From: a virus | Lineage: Duplodnaviria; Caudoviricetes | IMG/VR virus record: IMGVR_UViG_3300032227_000624 | Coordinates: 1 to 26,300 of that record | DNA: 26,300 nt | Direction: 5' to 3' (one strand) | Shown here: one piece after another, positions 16,401-25,022 of the stretch | Layout of the letters: each line of letters starts with the position of its first letter | How positions within the stretch are numbered: the stretch's first letter is position 1 | Made by a program: the position numbers and the translations under genes | The notes under the pieces: model-generated | What the model was told of the DNA's origin: nothing | What the model saw: the letters and a program-made list of their open reading frames with translations, nothing else | Database searches by the model: none

Positions 16401-16432
16401 TAGTACAAATGTACTATAGTACAACAATACTA
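16401..16432. promoter_or_regulatory. Cyanobacterial LexA (SOS) box plus adjacent degenerate copy
   Basis: TAGTACAAATGTACTA fits AGTAC-N4-GTACT; immediately followed by TAGTACAACAATACTA. Confidence 0.7.
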
Positions 16433-16476
16433 TTTAAATGTATTACAGCAAAAACACAACTTTTACAAAACGCCCT

Positions 16477-16615
16477 TAAACCGACCTTGCCGTGTATGCA
16501 AGCACACGCATGTGTGAAAACGCCCTAAACCGACCCCCCGCAAGTCCCTCGGCATTTTTTGCCCCCCTTAAACCGACCCCTTGCAAGACCCTAAACCGAC
16601 CAGCCGCAAGACCCT
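16477..16615. repeat. TAAACCGACC(-N4-GCAAGWCCCT) direct repeats
   Basis: TAAACCGACC at 16477, 16526, 16569, 16592; GCAAGWCCCT at 16540, 16583, 16606. Confidence 0.9.
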
Positions 16616-17370
16616 TAGAAATTTCTTGACGCCAAAGCCATTGCCAATGCCTTGCCAAATTCTTGATTCCAATTCTGACCAGCCGCATCACTACCAATCC
16701 GGTGGAACGGAAACTTAGGTGCAAACGTCGGCACCTTACGAAAGTAAAACAATGCACCTTCACGATCAGCAATGCCACGCCGGTCATAGATACCTGGATA
16801 CAGCCGCCCCTTCTGTTCCCCCTCCTTCACGGCAAAAATATCTCCACCCTTACGTTTGACCGTTGCTTGCTTGGTGTAGGCGAAAGCCGATGAGTCACGA
16901 AATGCTTTCAGCTTGTAAAGAATCTCGGTGTACATTCCTGGACTAACGTTGCCATACATGTTGGTGCGCAATAAATCAGATTGCGTCGGAACAGCAAAAC
17001 GATTTGGCGCAATAATGCCGCTATAGCGCAACGACTTTTGAAACCGTGTTGCGTAAGCCGGGCCACCTTGGATCTGCGGCGCCAAGTACTTGCTGGCTGG
17101 GTTGCCTTTTGGCGCAAAATCACGCACGCCAATCTCAGCTTCAAGGTTCAGCTTGTTGCTGGCTTTCATGTACATACTGTTCAGTGTGAACGGCACCGGA
17201 TTGCGGAAGCGGTGCGGCCCACGGGACATCTGATCGCGAATTGTGTCTTTGGCCAAAGCCGCCACCCGGTTGACCGCCACAGAGGCCGCAAAGGGCACCT
17301 CAAGGAACTGCAAGCGGTCGATCTTGCCCAGCATGTGGTCGAGGTTGAATTCAACGCTTTCGACGGCCAT
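16615..17370 (-). CDS. Basic virion morphogenesis protein, gpZ-like tail completion family
   Basis: VPFAASVAVNRVA..FRNPVPFTLNS..YLAPQIQGG..PKFPF..FGKALAMAL pattern. Confidence 0.6.
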   Translation of the reverse strand: MAVESVEFNLDHMLGKIDRLQFLEVPFAASVAVNRVAALAKDTIRDQMSRGPHRFRNPVPFTLNSMYMKASNKLNLEAEIGVRDFAPKGNPASKYLAPQIQGGPAYATRFQKSLRYSGIIAPNRFAVPTQSDLLRTNMYGNVSPGMYTEILYKLKAFRDSSAFAYTKQATVKRKGGDIFAVKEGEQKGRLYPGIYDRRGIADREGALFYFRKVPTFAPKFPFHRIGSDAAGQNWNQEFGKALAMALASRNF

Positions 17371-17432
17371 GGACTGGTGCTGTAGCAGATATTTCTTAGG
17401 CTAAGGCAGACACCATTACGACTCTTGGAGCC

Positions 17433-17627
17433 GTGAGCAAGCGCGAGTGGAATACGCCGGTGCGGGAGCCGTGGAACCCGATGATCAAGGAATGCCTAAA
17501 TGCCGTGGACCGTCACGTGGCCTTGTACCTCGCCAGCGGCGACCAGAAGCACCTTAGCCAAGCGGCAACGCTTCGGGGGTACGTGCGTGAGCTGAAGGAC
17601 TGGATCGGCCAGGAAGAAGCCGTCTAG
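17433..17627 (+). CDS. Hypothetical phage protein (64 aa)
   Basis: GTG start with GGAG upstream; REWNTPVREPWN..AVDRH..LR.YV.ELKDWI resembles small cyanophage proteins (from recall, not searched). Confidence 0.75.
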   Translation: MSKREWNTPVREPWNPMIKECLNAVDRHVALYLASGDQKHLSQAATLRGYVRELKDWIGQEEAV

Positions 17628-17674
17628 GCATGGGTGAGCGTGGCCGGGATTTCCGGCTACGGGGGTGCAACAGG

Positions 17675-17945
17675 TGTAACGGTGGTGTAACGGTAGGCGT
17701 TACACCTGAAACCCGTTGGCAGCAAAGGGATTTTTGGGATTTGTTGCGTTGTAACGTCTATTTCTAAATAGAGATATATATATATAGGGGGTTGTGAGAG
17801 AGGGTGTGTGAGAGAGGGTGTGTGTGTGTGAGAGAGAGGCTATGTTTTGGGAAAAACCGTTACAACGTTACAGATCGCTAAGATCGGTTGCAGCGCAGTG
17901 GTTTTCAGCTGTAACGCCCCCCGTTACAAGCCGTCAATTTGTAAC
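17675..17945. other. Putative replication origin: TGTAAC/GTTACA iterons around an AT-rich core
   Basis: Hexamers at 17675, 17686, 17699, 17750, 17859, 17867, 17910, 17923, 17940; TA run at about 17774-17786; directly downstream of primase-helicase. Confidence 0.8.
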
Positions 17946-20470
17946 GCCACAGCCCTGGAAACGGCCCCAGCACCGTTGAAACGCACCGTTCCGGCCTTGG
18001 TGGCACCTTGTAACCGACTTAGGACAGTGGCCCAGCTATGGGACCAAGCGGTGTCCTTGAGGATGGTGGCGAGGGCCTCGGCGGTGTTACTGACCAGCAG
18101 TTGTTTTTGCTCGATCATGACCTTGAGGCCATGGCGACCAAGCACCTCGACGGATTGGCGGACGGTAACATCACGATCCATCCGATGTTGAACAGCAATT
18201 TCGACTAGCTCGCCAAGGGTGCGGGTGTAGGTCTTCTCATCGGTCTCAACGCGGACTTGATGCTGGAGGATGCGATGAATGCAACGCAGCTCGTCGGGCA
18301 CCTCGGTTGCTTGGCTGTAGGGCTCCCAGTTGTTTTGATCGATGAGGTCACGGGCTTGCTGATCGGTTGGTGGCTCAGATGACATGAGGGACCATGCACC
18401 GGCGAGGAGGGTGCCGTACTGATCACCGAGGCGTTGAGAGTCAAAACGTTCAGCGGCAACGCGGGAGAAAACGCGAACGGATTTACGAATGATGGGGATG
18501 AGCGCCACGGTACGGGCAATAAGGCGAAGAGGGGTGTCTGAGGTGATGTACCGATCAAGATCGCCGTCTAGGGCCTCCCAGTGGGCAATGCGATCGGCTT
18601 TGGGTAGGTCGGTGGGTGATCGCAGGGTGAGCTGTGCAAAACGGGATCGATCGGCACCTTGCTTGAGGGCAGTGGCGATGGAACTCATAAGGAACATGGA
18701 TCGGATGTTGAAGCGGGTGACATCACCGCCGGGGCTGCCTTTAAGCAGGGTGGCGTGAGACTCACTGGACGCAACACGAGCAAGGGAGAGGATATTTTGC
18801 ATCCGGATCTGATCTGACTTTTCGTTGCTCTCTGCCTCGTCAAAGACGACGGGTAGGGCATCGGATCGAAGTGTTTGGCGCAGACCTGCTTCGGTGGTGT
18901 TGCCGGCCACAATCAGACCCATGTCGGCTAGGAGTGGGGCGACGTAGCGATCGAGGATGGCGGACTTGCCGGAACCTGCTGCTGCGGTGAGCCAGACGTG
19001 CGGACGCCATTGAAGAGAACCGCAAATAGGTGCGAGTGTTACCCACCCGGCAAGTAAGAGGCCAGATGCAGGGACATCCCAATGGAAGCGCTCAGCAAGT
19101 TCGCAGATTTGAAGGGCTTCGATGTCGGTAAGTGGTTTTGCAGTGCCTGGCCCCTTAAGGGGGGACATGCGTTGGTAGAGATAGCGGCTATCAAATGGTT
19201 TGACGGTTGAATACGTTTTGTTTTCGACAATGATGCGATCGCCTAAGTGCAGGACTGGGCGAGAGGTGTCCCACCATGCACCACGACCACGGATGATGTC
19301 GGGGTTGTAGACGCCAAGATCAGCGCAGATAGCGAAGAGGGTTGACGCGGCAAGAGTCCAGTCCACACCACCGCGCTCTGTGCCAGAAAGTTGCTTCCAG
19401 TATTTGAGTGGGGCAAGGGCGACAAGGTTGGTTGATGTGTGCGCCGATCTGGATAAACGCATCACCTGCCCGGTGCTGTGGGGCTGGTAGTAATAGGCGT
19501 CACCATCAAAACCAAGTGGAGTGAAGTACAAGCCTTGATCAAGGTCGGGGATGTCAGGCTCGTCATCGGGTTCTGGCTCTGGCTCTGGCTCTGGCAGTTC
19601 GGGTTGCTCAGGTTCGGCGTGAAGTTGCAGCGGTTGGGAGATGTTGGCCTTGATGAAGGCCGCGGCCTCTTCTGCTGACCAGTTGGCATCGGCCAGATCC
19701 CAACCTTCGGTGACATTTGGAGGAGGAGTGACCATTTGAACGCGATCCACAGGCAGCCGCAGGAGACGCTGCGCAAGTTGTTCCATGGCTTGTTGGCCAA
19801 CGGTGTCAGCATCGGGCCAAAGGATGACGCGAAGACCTTGTAGGGGAGACCAATCGGCTTTGTCGATGGCCTTACAACCTGATGGCCATGTGGTTGCGAC
19901 GGCTTTGGGGTAAAGCTTGGCTGCTGCATCGGCGGTCTTTTCGCCTTCAACTACCAATACGGTGCCGGTGTGGGTGCGTAGTTGGTCAAGGTTTAGCAAT
20001 GGCCGTGGGGCTGGCGGCGCCTTCCATTCCCAACGGCTACCAGACCACCAAAGAGGGCGGATCTTTTTGCCAGGAAAGCGGCAAACGATAAAGGTGAAGC
20101 TGTATTGCCAGAAGGCTTCTGCTCCACGGGTTGGTGGCTTGTCAATCGACTGCTTTGACTTGCCTGACAGGGGCCGCTTGGCAATGCCTAAGTGCTGCTC
20201 AATGCGCTCGGCGGCTTCTTTGAATGACCAGCCAGTACGACGGATGAGAAGGTCAATGCCGTTCCCGGCACCACCTGATTGCTTTGGGCCACCGCATTGA
20301 TTGCAAAACCAAGAACCGGAACCGTTTTGATCGTCGAAGCGGTAACGGTCTTCACCACCACAGAGGGGACAGGGTTGGTGTTTGTTGGTCAGCTGGTCAT
20401 TAGTGATACCAGCAAGAGCACCAAGGATTGACGGCCAATGACCTTGGGCTGCGTCTGTAATTTTGCTCAT
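17924..20470 (-). CDS. Primase-helicase (P4 alpha-type Zn ribbon + TOPRIM + P-loop helicase)
   Basis: HQPCPLCGGEDRYRFDD..G.WFCNQCG; VVEGEK..WPDAD..GWDLAD; Walker A AAGSGKS, Walker B VVFDEAE. Confidence 0.93.
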   Translation of the reverse strand: MSKITDAAQGHWPSILGALAGITNDQLTNKHQPCPLCGGEDRYRFDDQNGSGSWFCNQCGGPKQSGGAGNGIDLLIRRTGWSFKEAAERIEQHLGIAKRPLSGKSKQSIDKPPTRGAEAFWQYSFTFIVCRFPGKKIRPLWWSGSRWEWKAPPAPRPLLNLDQLRTHTGTVLVVEGEKTADAAAKLYPKAVATTWPSGCKAIDKADWSPLQGLRVILWPDADTVGQQAMEQLAQRLLRLPVDRVQMVTPPPNVTEGWDLADANWSAEEAAAFIKANISQPLQLHAEPEQPELPEPEPEPEPDDEPDIPDLDQGLYFTPLGFDGDAYYYQPHSTGQVMRLSRSAHTSTNLVALAPLKYWKQLSGTERGGVDWTLAASTLFAICADLGVYNPDIIRGRGAWWDTSRPVLHLGDRIIVENKTYSTVKPFDSRYLYQRMSPLKGPGTAKPLTDIEALQICELAERFHWDVPASGLLLAGWVTLAPICGSLQWRPHVWLTAAAGSGKSAILDRYVAPLLADMGLIVAGNTTEAGLRQTLRSDALPVVFDEAESNEKSDQIRMQNILSLARVASSESHATLLKGSPGGDVTRFNIRSMFLMSSIATALKQGADRSRFAQLTLRSPTDLPKADRIAHWEALDGDLDRYITSDTPLRLIARTVALIPIIRKSVRVFSRVAAERFDSQRLGDQYGTLLAGAWSLMSSEPPTDQQARDLIDQNNWEPYSQATEVPDELRCIHRILQHQVRVETDEKTYTRTLGELVEIAVQHRMDRDVTVRQSVEVLGRHGLKVMIEQKQLLVSNTAEALATILKDTAWSHSWATVLSRLQGATKAGTVRFNGAGAVSRAVALQIDGL

Positions 20471-20829
20471 GAGTGAAAGTCAATAATGAATTGATCTACA
20501 ACACGTTTTGATTCTTGTTTTTCCTTTTTATTTTGTGCAGCAATGCGGGCAAGGCGATCAGGCCATTCCCGCTCGGCTTTATTTAAAAGCGGTTCTAATA
20601 ATGACGGGTCAAGGTTGTTAATGCGAGCAAGTTCAACATCGTCATTTTCACCGGTAAAACAGTGATAGAGCACGTATGGAGGAAAGTTTTGAATCATTTC
20701 CGCGTGATAGCGTCGGCGAAATCTGTCAGGTCCAAGAAGGTAAAGGCTGAGTCCGCATTGCAGTTGACGGCAGGCTTTGGCTGTTTCTTTACTAGCTCGT
20801 TTGCGGCACTTTTTGCAATAATCACTCAT
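20467..20829 (-). CDS. Hypothetical protein (120 aa)
   Basis: ATGA-coupled on both sides within the replication operon; N-terminal CxxC. Confidence 0.75.
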   Translation of the reverse strand: MSDYCKKCRKRASKETAKACRQLQCGLSLYLLGPDRFRRRYHAEMIQNFPPYVLYHCFTGENDDVELARINNLDPSLLEPLLNKAEREWPDRLARIAAQNKKEKQESKRVVDQFIIDFHS

Positions 20830-21068
20830 GGTTTGATTGTTTGAACGGTGAACCCGAGCATTTCAAGCTCGGCGTGGCGGTATGCCTGGATTTGGGAGAC
20901 GCGACCATCTGCGGCTTTGACCTCGACCAGCTTGAGCTGATCAGGTTTGAGAAGCATGAGATCCGGCCAGCCGGGTTTGTTGCATTGGATAACTTTCAAG
21001 ACGTACCAGCCATCAGCTTCGTACTGCTTGATCAGCTTCTTTTGAAAGGATGCCTCGGTCTGCCGCAT
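20826..21068 (-). CDS. VRR-NUC (PD-(D/E)xK) nuclease
   Basis: EASFQKK..PGWPDL..VEVKAADGRVSQIQ..H..L..LGF; start set at ATG 21068. Confidence 0.9.
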   Translation of the reverse strand: MRQTEASFQKKLIKQYEADGWYVLKVIQCNKPGWPDLMLLKPDQLKLVEVKAADGRVSQIQAYRHAELEMLGFTVQTIKP

Positions 21069-22278
21069 AATGCGCAGTGGTGTAATTCTGCTTGGTGCGG
21101 ACTTGAGCGTAGACGCGGGGCTCGATGCCGCGTGCGGCAAAGATGAAATGGACACGGTTGGCGCGATCCCTGCCAAGGTAGCTGGCCCGGTCCCTGCCTT
21201 GGAGGTAGGAAAGGGCAGAGTAGTCGATGCCAATGAAGATCAGGTCGTCGGCGGTGGATAGGTTGACGCCTTCGCGGGATGCCTGGACTTGGCCGATGTA
21301 AGTGGCTGTTGGGTCAGCGTTGAAGGTTTCGGGACTGTCGGTGCAGGTGTTGGCAAAGACCTTGCGGAGCATGTCGCCTTCTGCGTTGAAGCAGTAGAGG
21401 ATGGCCAGCTTGCGACCGGCGAAGTGGTTGCGGATGTAATGGGCCTTGGAACGGTCGAAGATTACGGCGCCATGGGCCTCGGTGATGACGGTGCCGGAGT
21501 AGATTTGCCGGAGCTTTGACATGGCCTTGGCTCCAGTGTCGGCCAAAACGCTTCGGCAATCAGGTCGACCAATGACGCCGTCTTTCATGATGCGCCGAGC
21601 AAGACGATAGGTGCGGGGCTTCATGGTGACCTGATGCACCTGCTCCTCGATCTGGGTTGTGAAGCCTGCCTGCTGCTGGGTGATTGTGACGGTTAGCGGC
21701 TGTATGTCGGCAAAGATCCGAGCCTCGTCGGCTTTGCTGTAGTCGTTGACCTGCTGGCCGGTGCCGACGTACTTGGTGCCGATTGAGACGTACCCGGCTT
21801 TTGCCCAGTCGTAGAAATTTCGGTAGCCAGACCAGCGTGTTGGCCCTAGGGCAAATTGGTGGTAGAGCTGGCTGTAAGACTCCGGGGATGGCGTGCCGGA
21901 CATCAGCAGGAGGTATTTGAAATGAATGGATTGAAGGTCATGCCAGCGTTTGGAGGGTTTGGGATAAGCACCGACACTGTGCGCCTCGTCGATGATGAGG
22001 AGGTCGTAGTGTCGGCCAGCGCGTTTTGGCACCTGCTCGTAGTTGGTCACCTCGACTTTGGCGGTAAGACCAAGGGCGTCACGGTCTGCCTCAATTGAGG
22101 CAATGGCCTTTTTTTTGGTGACGATCAGGCAATTGAGCACGCCAAGACGACGAGCGGTTTCCAGTGCTGTAAAGGTTTTGCCGGTACGCACCTCCCCACG
22201 CAAGTAGGCGATGCGATGCTGGCTAAGGATGGCGACGAGATCGCAGGCCGCCTCCTGTTGATAAAGACGAAGTTGCAT
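21013..22278 (-). CDS. Superfamily 2 (SNF2-like) helicase
   Basis: LRLYQ, GEVRTGKT, IIDEAH, MSGTP, REGVNL, QGRDR motifs. Confidence 0.92.
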   Translation of the reverse strand: MQLRLYQQEAACDLVAILSQHRIAYLRGEVRTGKTFTALETARRLGVLNCLIVTKKKAIASIEADRDALGLTAKVEVTNYEQVPKRAGRHYDLLIIDEAHSVGAYPKPSKRWHDLQSIHFKYLLLMSGTPSPESYSQLYHQFALGPTRWSGYRNFYDWAKAGYVSIGTKYVGTGQQVNDYSKADEARIFADIQPLTVTITQQQAGFTTQIEEQVHQVTMKPRTYRLARRIMKDGVIGRPDCRSVLADTGAKAMSKLRQIYSGTVITEAHGAVIFDRSKAHYIRNHFAGRKLAILYCFNAEGDMLRKVFANTCTDSPETFNADPTATYIGQVQASREGVNLSTADDLIFIGIDYSALSYLQGRDRASYLGRDRANRVHFIFAARGIEPRVYAQVRTKQNYTTAHYAADRGILSKEADQAVRS

Positions 22279-22282
22279 GGGG

Positions 22283-22328
22283 TTGTAATGGGTGCGCTGA
22301 TGGTATAGGATCCACGAGCCAACCGCAA
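22283..22328. promoter_or_regulatory. Overlapping divergent sigma70-type promoters
   Basis: Plus: TTGTAA(22283)-N17-TAGGAT(22306). Minus: TTGCGG(22328)-N17-TACCAT(22305). Confidence 0.65.
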
Positions 22329-22334
22329 CCCGCT

Positions 22335-23177
22335 ATGGACAACGCGGCCTATCACGCCCACGCAGCCGTCAGCAAAAGCCACCTTGACTTGGTGGCCAAG
22401 AGTCCGCTGCATTACTGGGCACGCTACTTGGATCCCAACCGTGTGCCGCAGGAGCCTACTGCCGCCATGGTTATCGGGTCCGCCGTGCATACGCACGTCT
22501 TAGAACTGGACCAGTGGGACGCTCAATACGTTGTGGCACCCGCCGGAATTGATCGGCGCACCAAGGTTGGCAAGGCTGAATGGGACGTGTTCCAAACGGC
22601 TATTGGCACTCGGACGGTGATCAGCCGCGAGGACGCCGACCTTGTGATGAAGATTGGGCGATCAGTGCTCAGCCACCCTGCTGCGGCTTATCTGCTTGGC
22701 TTACCAGGTAAGGCAGAGACCACGCACATGTGGATTGACGAGATCAACGGTCTGCAATGCAAGTGCCGCCCGGATTGGCTGCTCGATGACGGCAGCATAA
22801 TCGTGGATCTCAAAACCACCGAGGACGCCAGCGCAAAGGAGTTCCAGCGGTCGATCGCAAAATGGCGTTACCACGTTCAGGCTGCGTGGTATTTGGATGG
22901 CATTGAGAAGGCAACGGGCAAACGCCCAGAACAATTCATTTTTATTGCCGTTGAAAAGAAGCCACCGTATGCCTGCGCGGTGTACGTTGCAGATCCGCAA
23001 ATGGTTGAGATCGGCGGCCAGGCTGCTCGGGCGGATCTGGACAAGCTTGGCCTTTGCAAGGCTGCTGATTTTTGGCCTGGCTACAGCTACGAGGTAGAGG
23101 TCATCAACCTGCCACCGTGGATGCGACCCAAGGCTGATGGGACTATGCCTACACCAACTGAAATTGAAACTTACTAA
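22335..23177 (+). CDS. recE: RecE/exonuclease VIII-like PD-(D/E)xK exonuclease
   Basis: YH..AVSKSHL..SP.HY, GSAVH..VLE, KCRPDW, IVDLKTT, YHVQAAWY, FIAVEK.PPY. Confidence 0.92.
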   Translation: MDNAAYHAHAAVSKSHLDLVAKSPLHYWARYLDPNRVPQEPTAAMVIGSAVHTHVLELDQWDAQYVVAPAGIDRRTKVGKAEWDVFQTAIGTRTVISREDADLVMKIGRSVLSHPAAAYLLGLPGKAETTHMWIDEINGLQCKCRPDWLLDDGSIIVDLKTTEDASAKEFQRSIAKWRYHVQAAWYLDGIEKATGKRPEQFIFIAVEKKPPYACAVYVADPQMVEIGGQAARADLDKLGLCKAADFWPGYSYEVEVINLPPWMRPKADGTMPTPTEIETY

Positions 23178-23818
23178 TGGAAAACACAGCAATTACAACG
23201 ACCAACAACTCAGTCTTCTCAGGCATCCAAGCCTTTGAAGACGCCCAGCGCATTGCTAAGGCATTGGCCAGCTCAACACTGATCCCGCCGCAGTTTCAAG
23301 GCCAGCAGGGTTTTGCCAACTGTTTGGTGGCGCTTGAAATTGCAAACCGGATGGGCATATCGCCTTTTTTGTGCATGCAGCATTTGCACATTATTCATGG
23401 CCGTCCGAGCTGGAGCAGCGCTTTTATCATCGCCATGGTTAATGGCTGTGGCCGGTTCACACCACTTCGGTTTGAGATCAGCGGCGAAGGTGACAGCCTT
23501 GCTTGTTATGCCGTTGCCACGGACATCAAAACGGATCAAGAACTGAAGGGGCCGACCATCACGATGGCGATGGCCAAGAAGGAAGGATGGGCCACCAAGG
23601 CTGGCAGCAAATGGCTGACCATGGCCGATGTAATGATCAGGTACAGGGCCGCGGCCTTCTGGGGGCGTCTCTTTGCCGGTGACCTGCTGGTGGGCATCCA
23701 GACCCAGGAAGAGGTGATTGACGTGCAAACCGTCAAGGTTTCTGCAAACGTTGACGATCTCAACGCCAAGGTAAAGTCTGCACCAGTTATTGAAACCGAG
23801 CCTGATGACCTCTTCTGA
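23177..23818 (+). CDS. recT: RecT-like single-strand annealing protein
   Basis: AKALASSTLIP..FQG..ANCLVALE..MQHLHIIHGRP..MAKKEGW..W..M..YRA; adjacent to RecE. Confidence 0.8.
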   Translation: MENTAITTTNNSVFSGIQAFEDAQRIAKALASSTLIPPQFQGQQGFANCLVALEIANRMGISPFLCMQHLHIIHGRPSWSSAFIIAMVNGCGRFTPLRFEISGEGDSLACYAVATDIKTDQELKGPTITMAMAKKEGWATKAGSKWLTMADVMIRYRAAAFWGRLFAGDLLVGIQTQEEVIDVQTVKVSANVDDLNAKVKSAPVIETEPDDLF

Positions 23819-23996
23819 ATTTCTGACTGATCTGCAACTTGCTGAGCGGTGGCATCTCCACCGCCAGACATTGATTAGGTGGCGGTCCAGCAACACTGGG
23901 CCTGCCTTTCTCAAGATCAACGGTCGCGTGCTCTATCCCTTGGCCGAGGTAGAGCAATACGAAAAGGCCAACACCATCACACCTGATAACCAATGA
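23805..23996 (+). CDS. Excisionase/MerR-like HTH DNA-binding protein
   Basis: FLT..QLAERW..TL..WR..GPAF.KI.GRVLY..EV..YE; start ATG 23805. Confidence 0.85.
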   Translation: MTSSEFLTDLQLAERWHLHRQTLIRWRSSNTGPAFLKINGRVLYPLAEVEQYEKANTITPDNQ

Positions 23997-24370
23997 CTTT
24001 CAAAGCCAACGGCGCACTGTTCAAGAACACACCTGAGAAGCTTCAAGAGCGCTTTAAGGATCGCTACGACCCCAGCCGCAACTACCCGGCATTTGATGGC
24101 GTGTTCAGCATCAAAGAAGATGACCGGATGGCATTTGCCAGCTATGTCATGAATGCCAACCCAAATGATCGCGGTGAAATTCCCATCAAAATCAGTGGCT
24201 GGACTAAGCAGGCTGCTAGCGGCCAGAACTACCTAAGCCTTGCTTTTGAACCTGACTACAAAACCATGAAGGCGATCGAGGAGAAGATGGCAGCGTCTGG
24301 TGCGGCTGACAGCTTGGCCAAAGCCACTGGTGGCACTGTGGTTGACTTCAGCGAGGCTGATCTGTTCTAG
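23993..24370 (+). CDS. Putative single-stranded DNA-binding protein (DUF736-like)
   Basis: GALFKN..YPAFDG..ISGWTK..SGQNYLSL and acidic-aromatic tail EADLF. Confidence 0.7.
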   Translation: MTFKANGALFKNTPEKLQERFKDRYDPSRNYPAFDGVFSIKEDDRMAFASYVMNANPNDRGEIPIKISGWTKQAASGQNYLSLAFEPDYKTMKAIEEKMAASGAADSLAKATGGTVVDFSEADLF

Positions 24371-24423
24371 GATGCAACCAGCAGGCGATCTCACCGGTCG
24401 CCTGCCAACACCACGCTAATTTT

Positions 24424-24567
24424 ATGAACACTTATTACTTTTACATTCCAAAGGCATCTGTTCTTGAATTTATTCAGGCTCCCAGTTTGCTTGAGGCAAA
24501 GGAAGCTGCAGCCGAAGAGTGGCTACCATTCCTTAGTCAAATGGAGTGGCTCCCAACCGATGACTAA
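24424..24567 (+). CDS. Small hypothetical protein (47 aa), below ORF-track cutoff
   Basis: MNTYYFYIPKASVLEFIQAPSLLEAKEAAAEEWLPFLSQMEWLPTDD*; overlaps next start. Confidence 0.7.
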   Translation: MNTYYFYIPKASVLEFIQAPSLLEAKEAAAEEWLPFLSQMEWLPTDD

Positions 24568-24853
24568 GGTTCCGCCAGAGGCTGTACGCGACATCCTTTT
24601 GTCGCCTGACAGTCACAAGGCCATGGCCCAGCGGTATGGCATCTCACGCCAAACTGTTGAGCAAATACGTTTTGGTGTAGGCCACAAAAAGTTATTTCCC
24701 GAAATTCCTCGGCGAAATTCTTTTGGCAAACATTCCTGTGAATGTTGTGCTTTGTGGCTGAAGGGTAAATGTTCCCTTGACTTTCCTGAATCAGCGCAAA
24801 ATCTTTATTTTGCTGGCGAATGCAACATCTTTACTAAAATTCCAAATGATTGA
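24560..24853 (+). CDS. HTH protein with C-terminal 4-Cys motif
   Basis: HKAMAQRYGISRQTVEQIRFG HTH; CECCALW..CSLDFPE..AGEC; start ATG 24560. Confidence 0.8.
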   Translation: MTKVPPEAVRDILLSPDSHKAMAQRYGISRQTVEQIRFGVGHKKLFPEIPRRNSFGKHSCECCALWLKGKCSLDFPESAQNLYFAGECNIFTKIPND

Positions 24854-25022
24854 ACCTCTTCAGCGTTTACAAGCACTTGTGAGCGATTCTGGCCTGTTCA
24901 AGGCTGGCCGCGAACATGAGCGCGAACACGTCAAAGCTTTGATTCTTGTTCGTATGGATCAGTTGCATGAAAATTCGATAGCCTGGCAGGAATGCCGCAA
25001 CTTGCTTGACATCATCAAATGA
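24846..25022 (+). CDS. Hypothetical protein (58 aa)
   Basis: MIEPLQRL..GREHERE; overlaps both neighbours. Confidence 0.7.
   Translation: MIEPLQRLQALVSDSGLFKAGREHEREHVKALILVRMDQLHENSIAWQECRNLLDIIK

Noticed and set aside
16477-16615. Mini-CRISPR array
   Set aside because: Repeat core is only 10-24 bp, spacing is irregular (49, 43, 23), two copies have no spacer, and there are no cas genes.
16091-16787. ORFs 16091-16408, 16131-16337, 16340-16528 and 16476-16787
   Set aside because: Low-complexity translations of the repeat and operator cluster with no protein-like motifs.
11298-19242. HIP1 (GCGATCGC) over-representation
   Set aside because: Only about three copies seen (11298, 14955, 19235); not convincingly enriched.
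19572-19595. (TCTGGC)4 repeat as a contingency locus
   Set aside because: In-frame hexamer encoding the PEPEPE linker between primase and helicase domains.
21069-21233. N-terminal extension of VRR-NUC
   Set aside because: Lies within the helicase gene; the domain begins at MRQTE (21068).
23805-23996. Excisionase-like gene as proof of lysogeny
   Set aside because: This HTH family also occurs without integrases; no integrase, repressor or att site is visible in the window.
24381-24405. Hairpin GCAGGCGATC..GGTCGCCTGC as a terminator or ncRNA
   Set aside because: No U-tract directly follows and there is no other evidence; at most an mRNA stability element.
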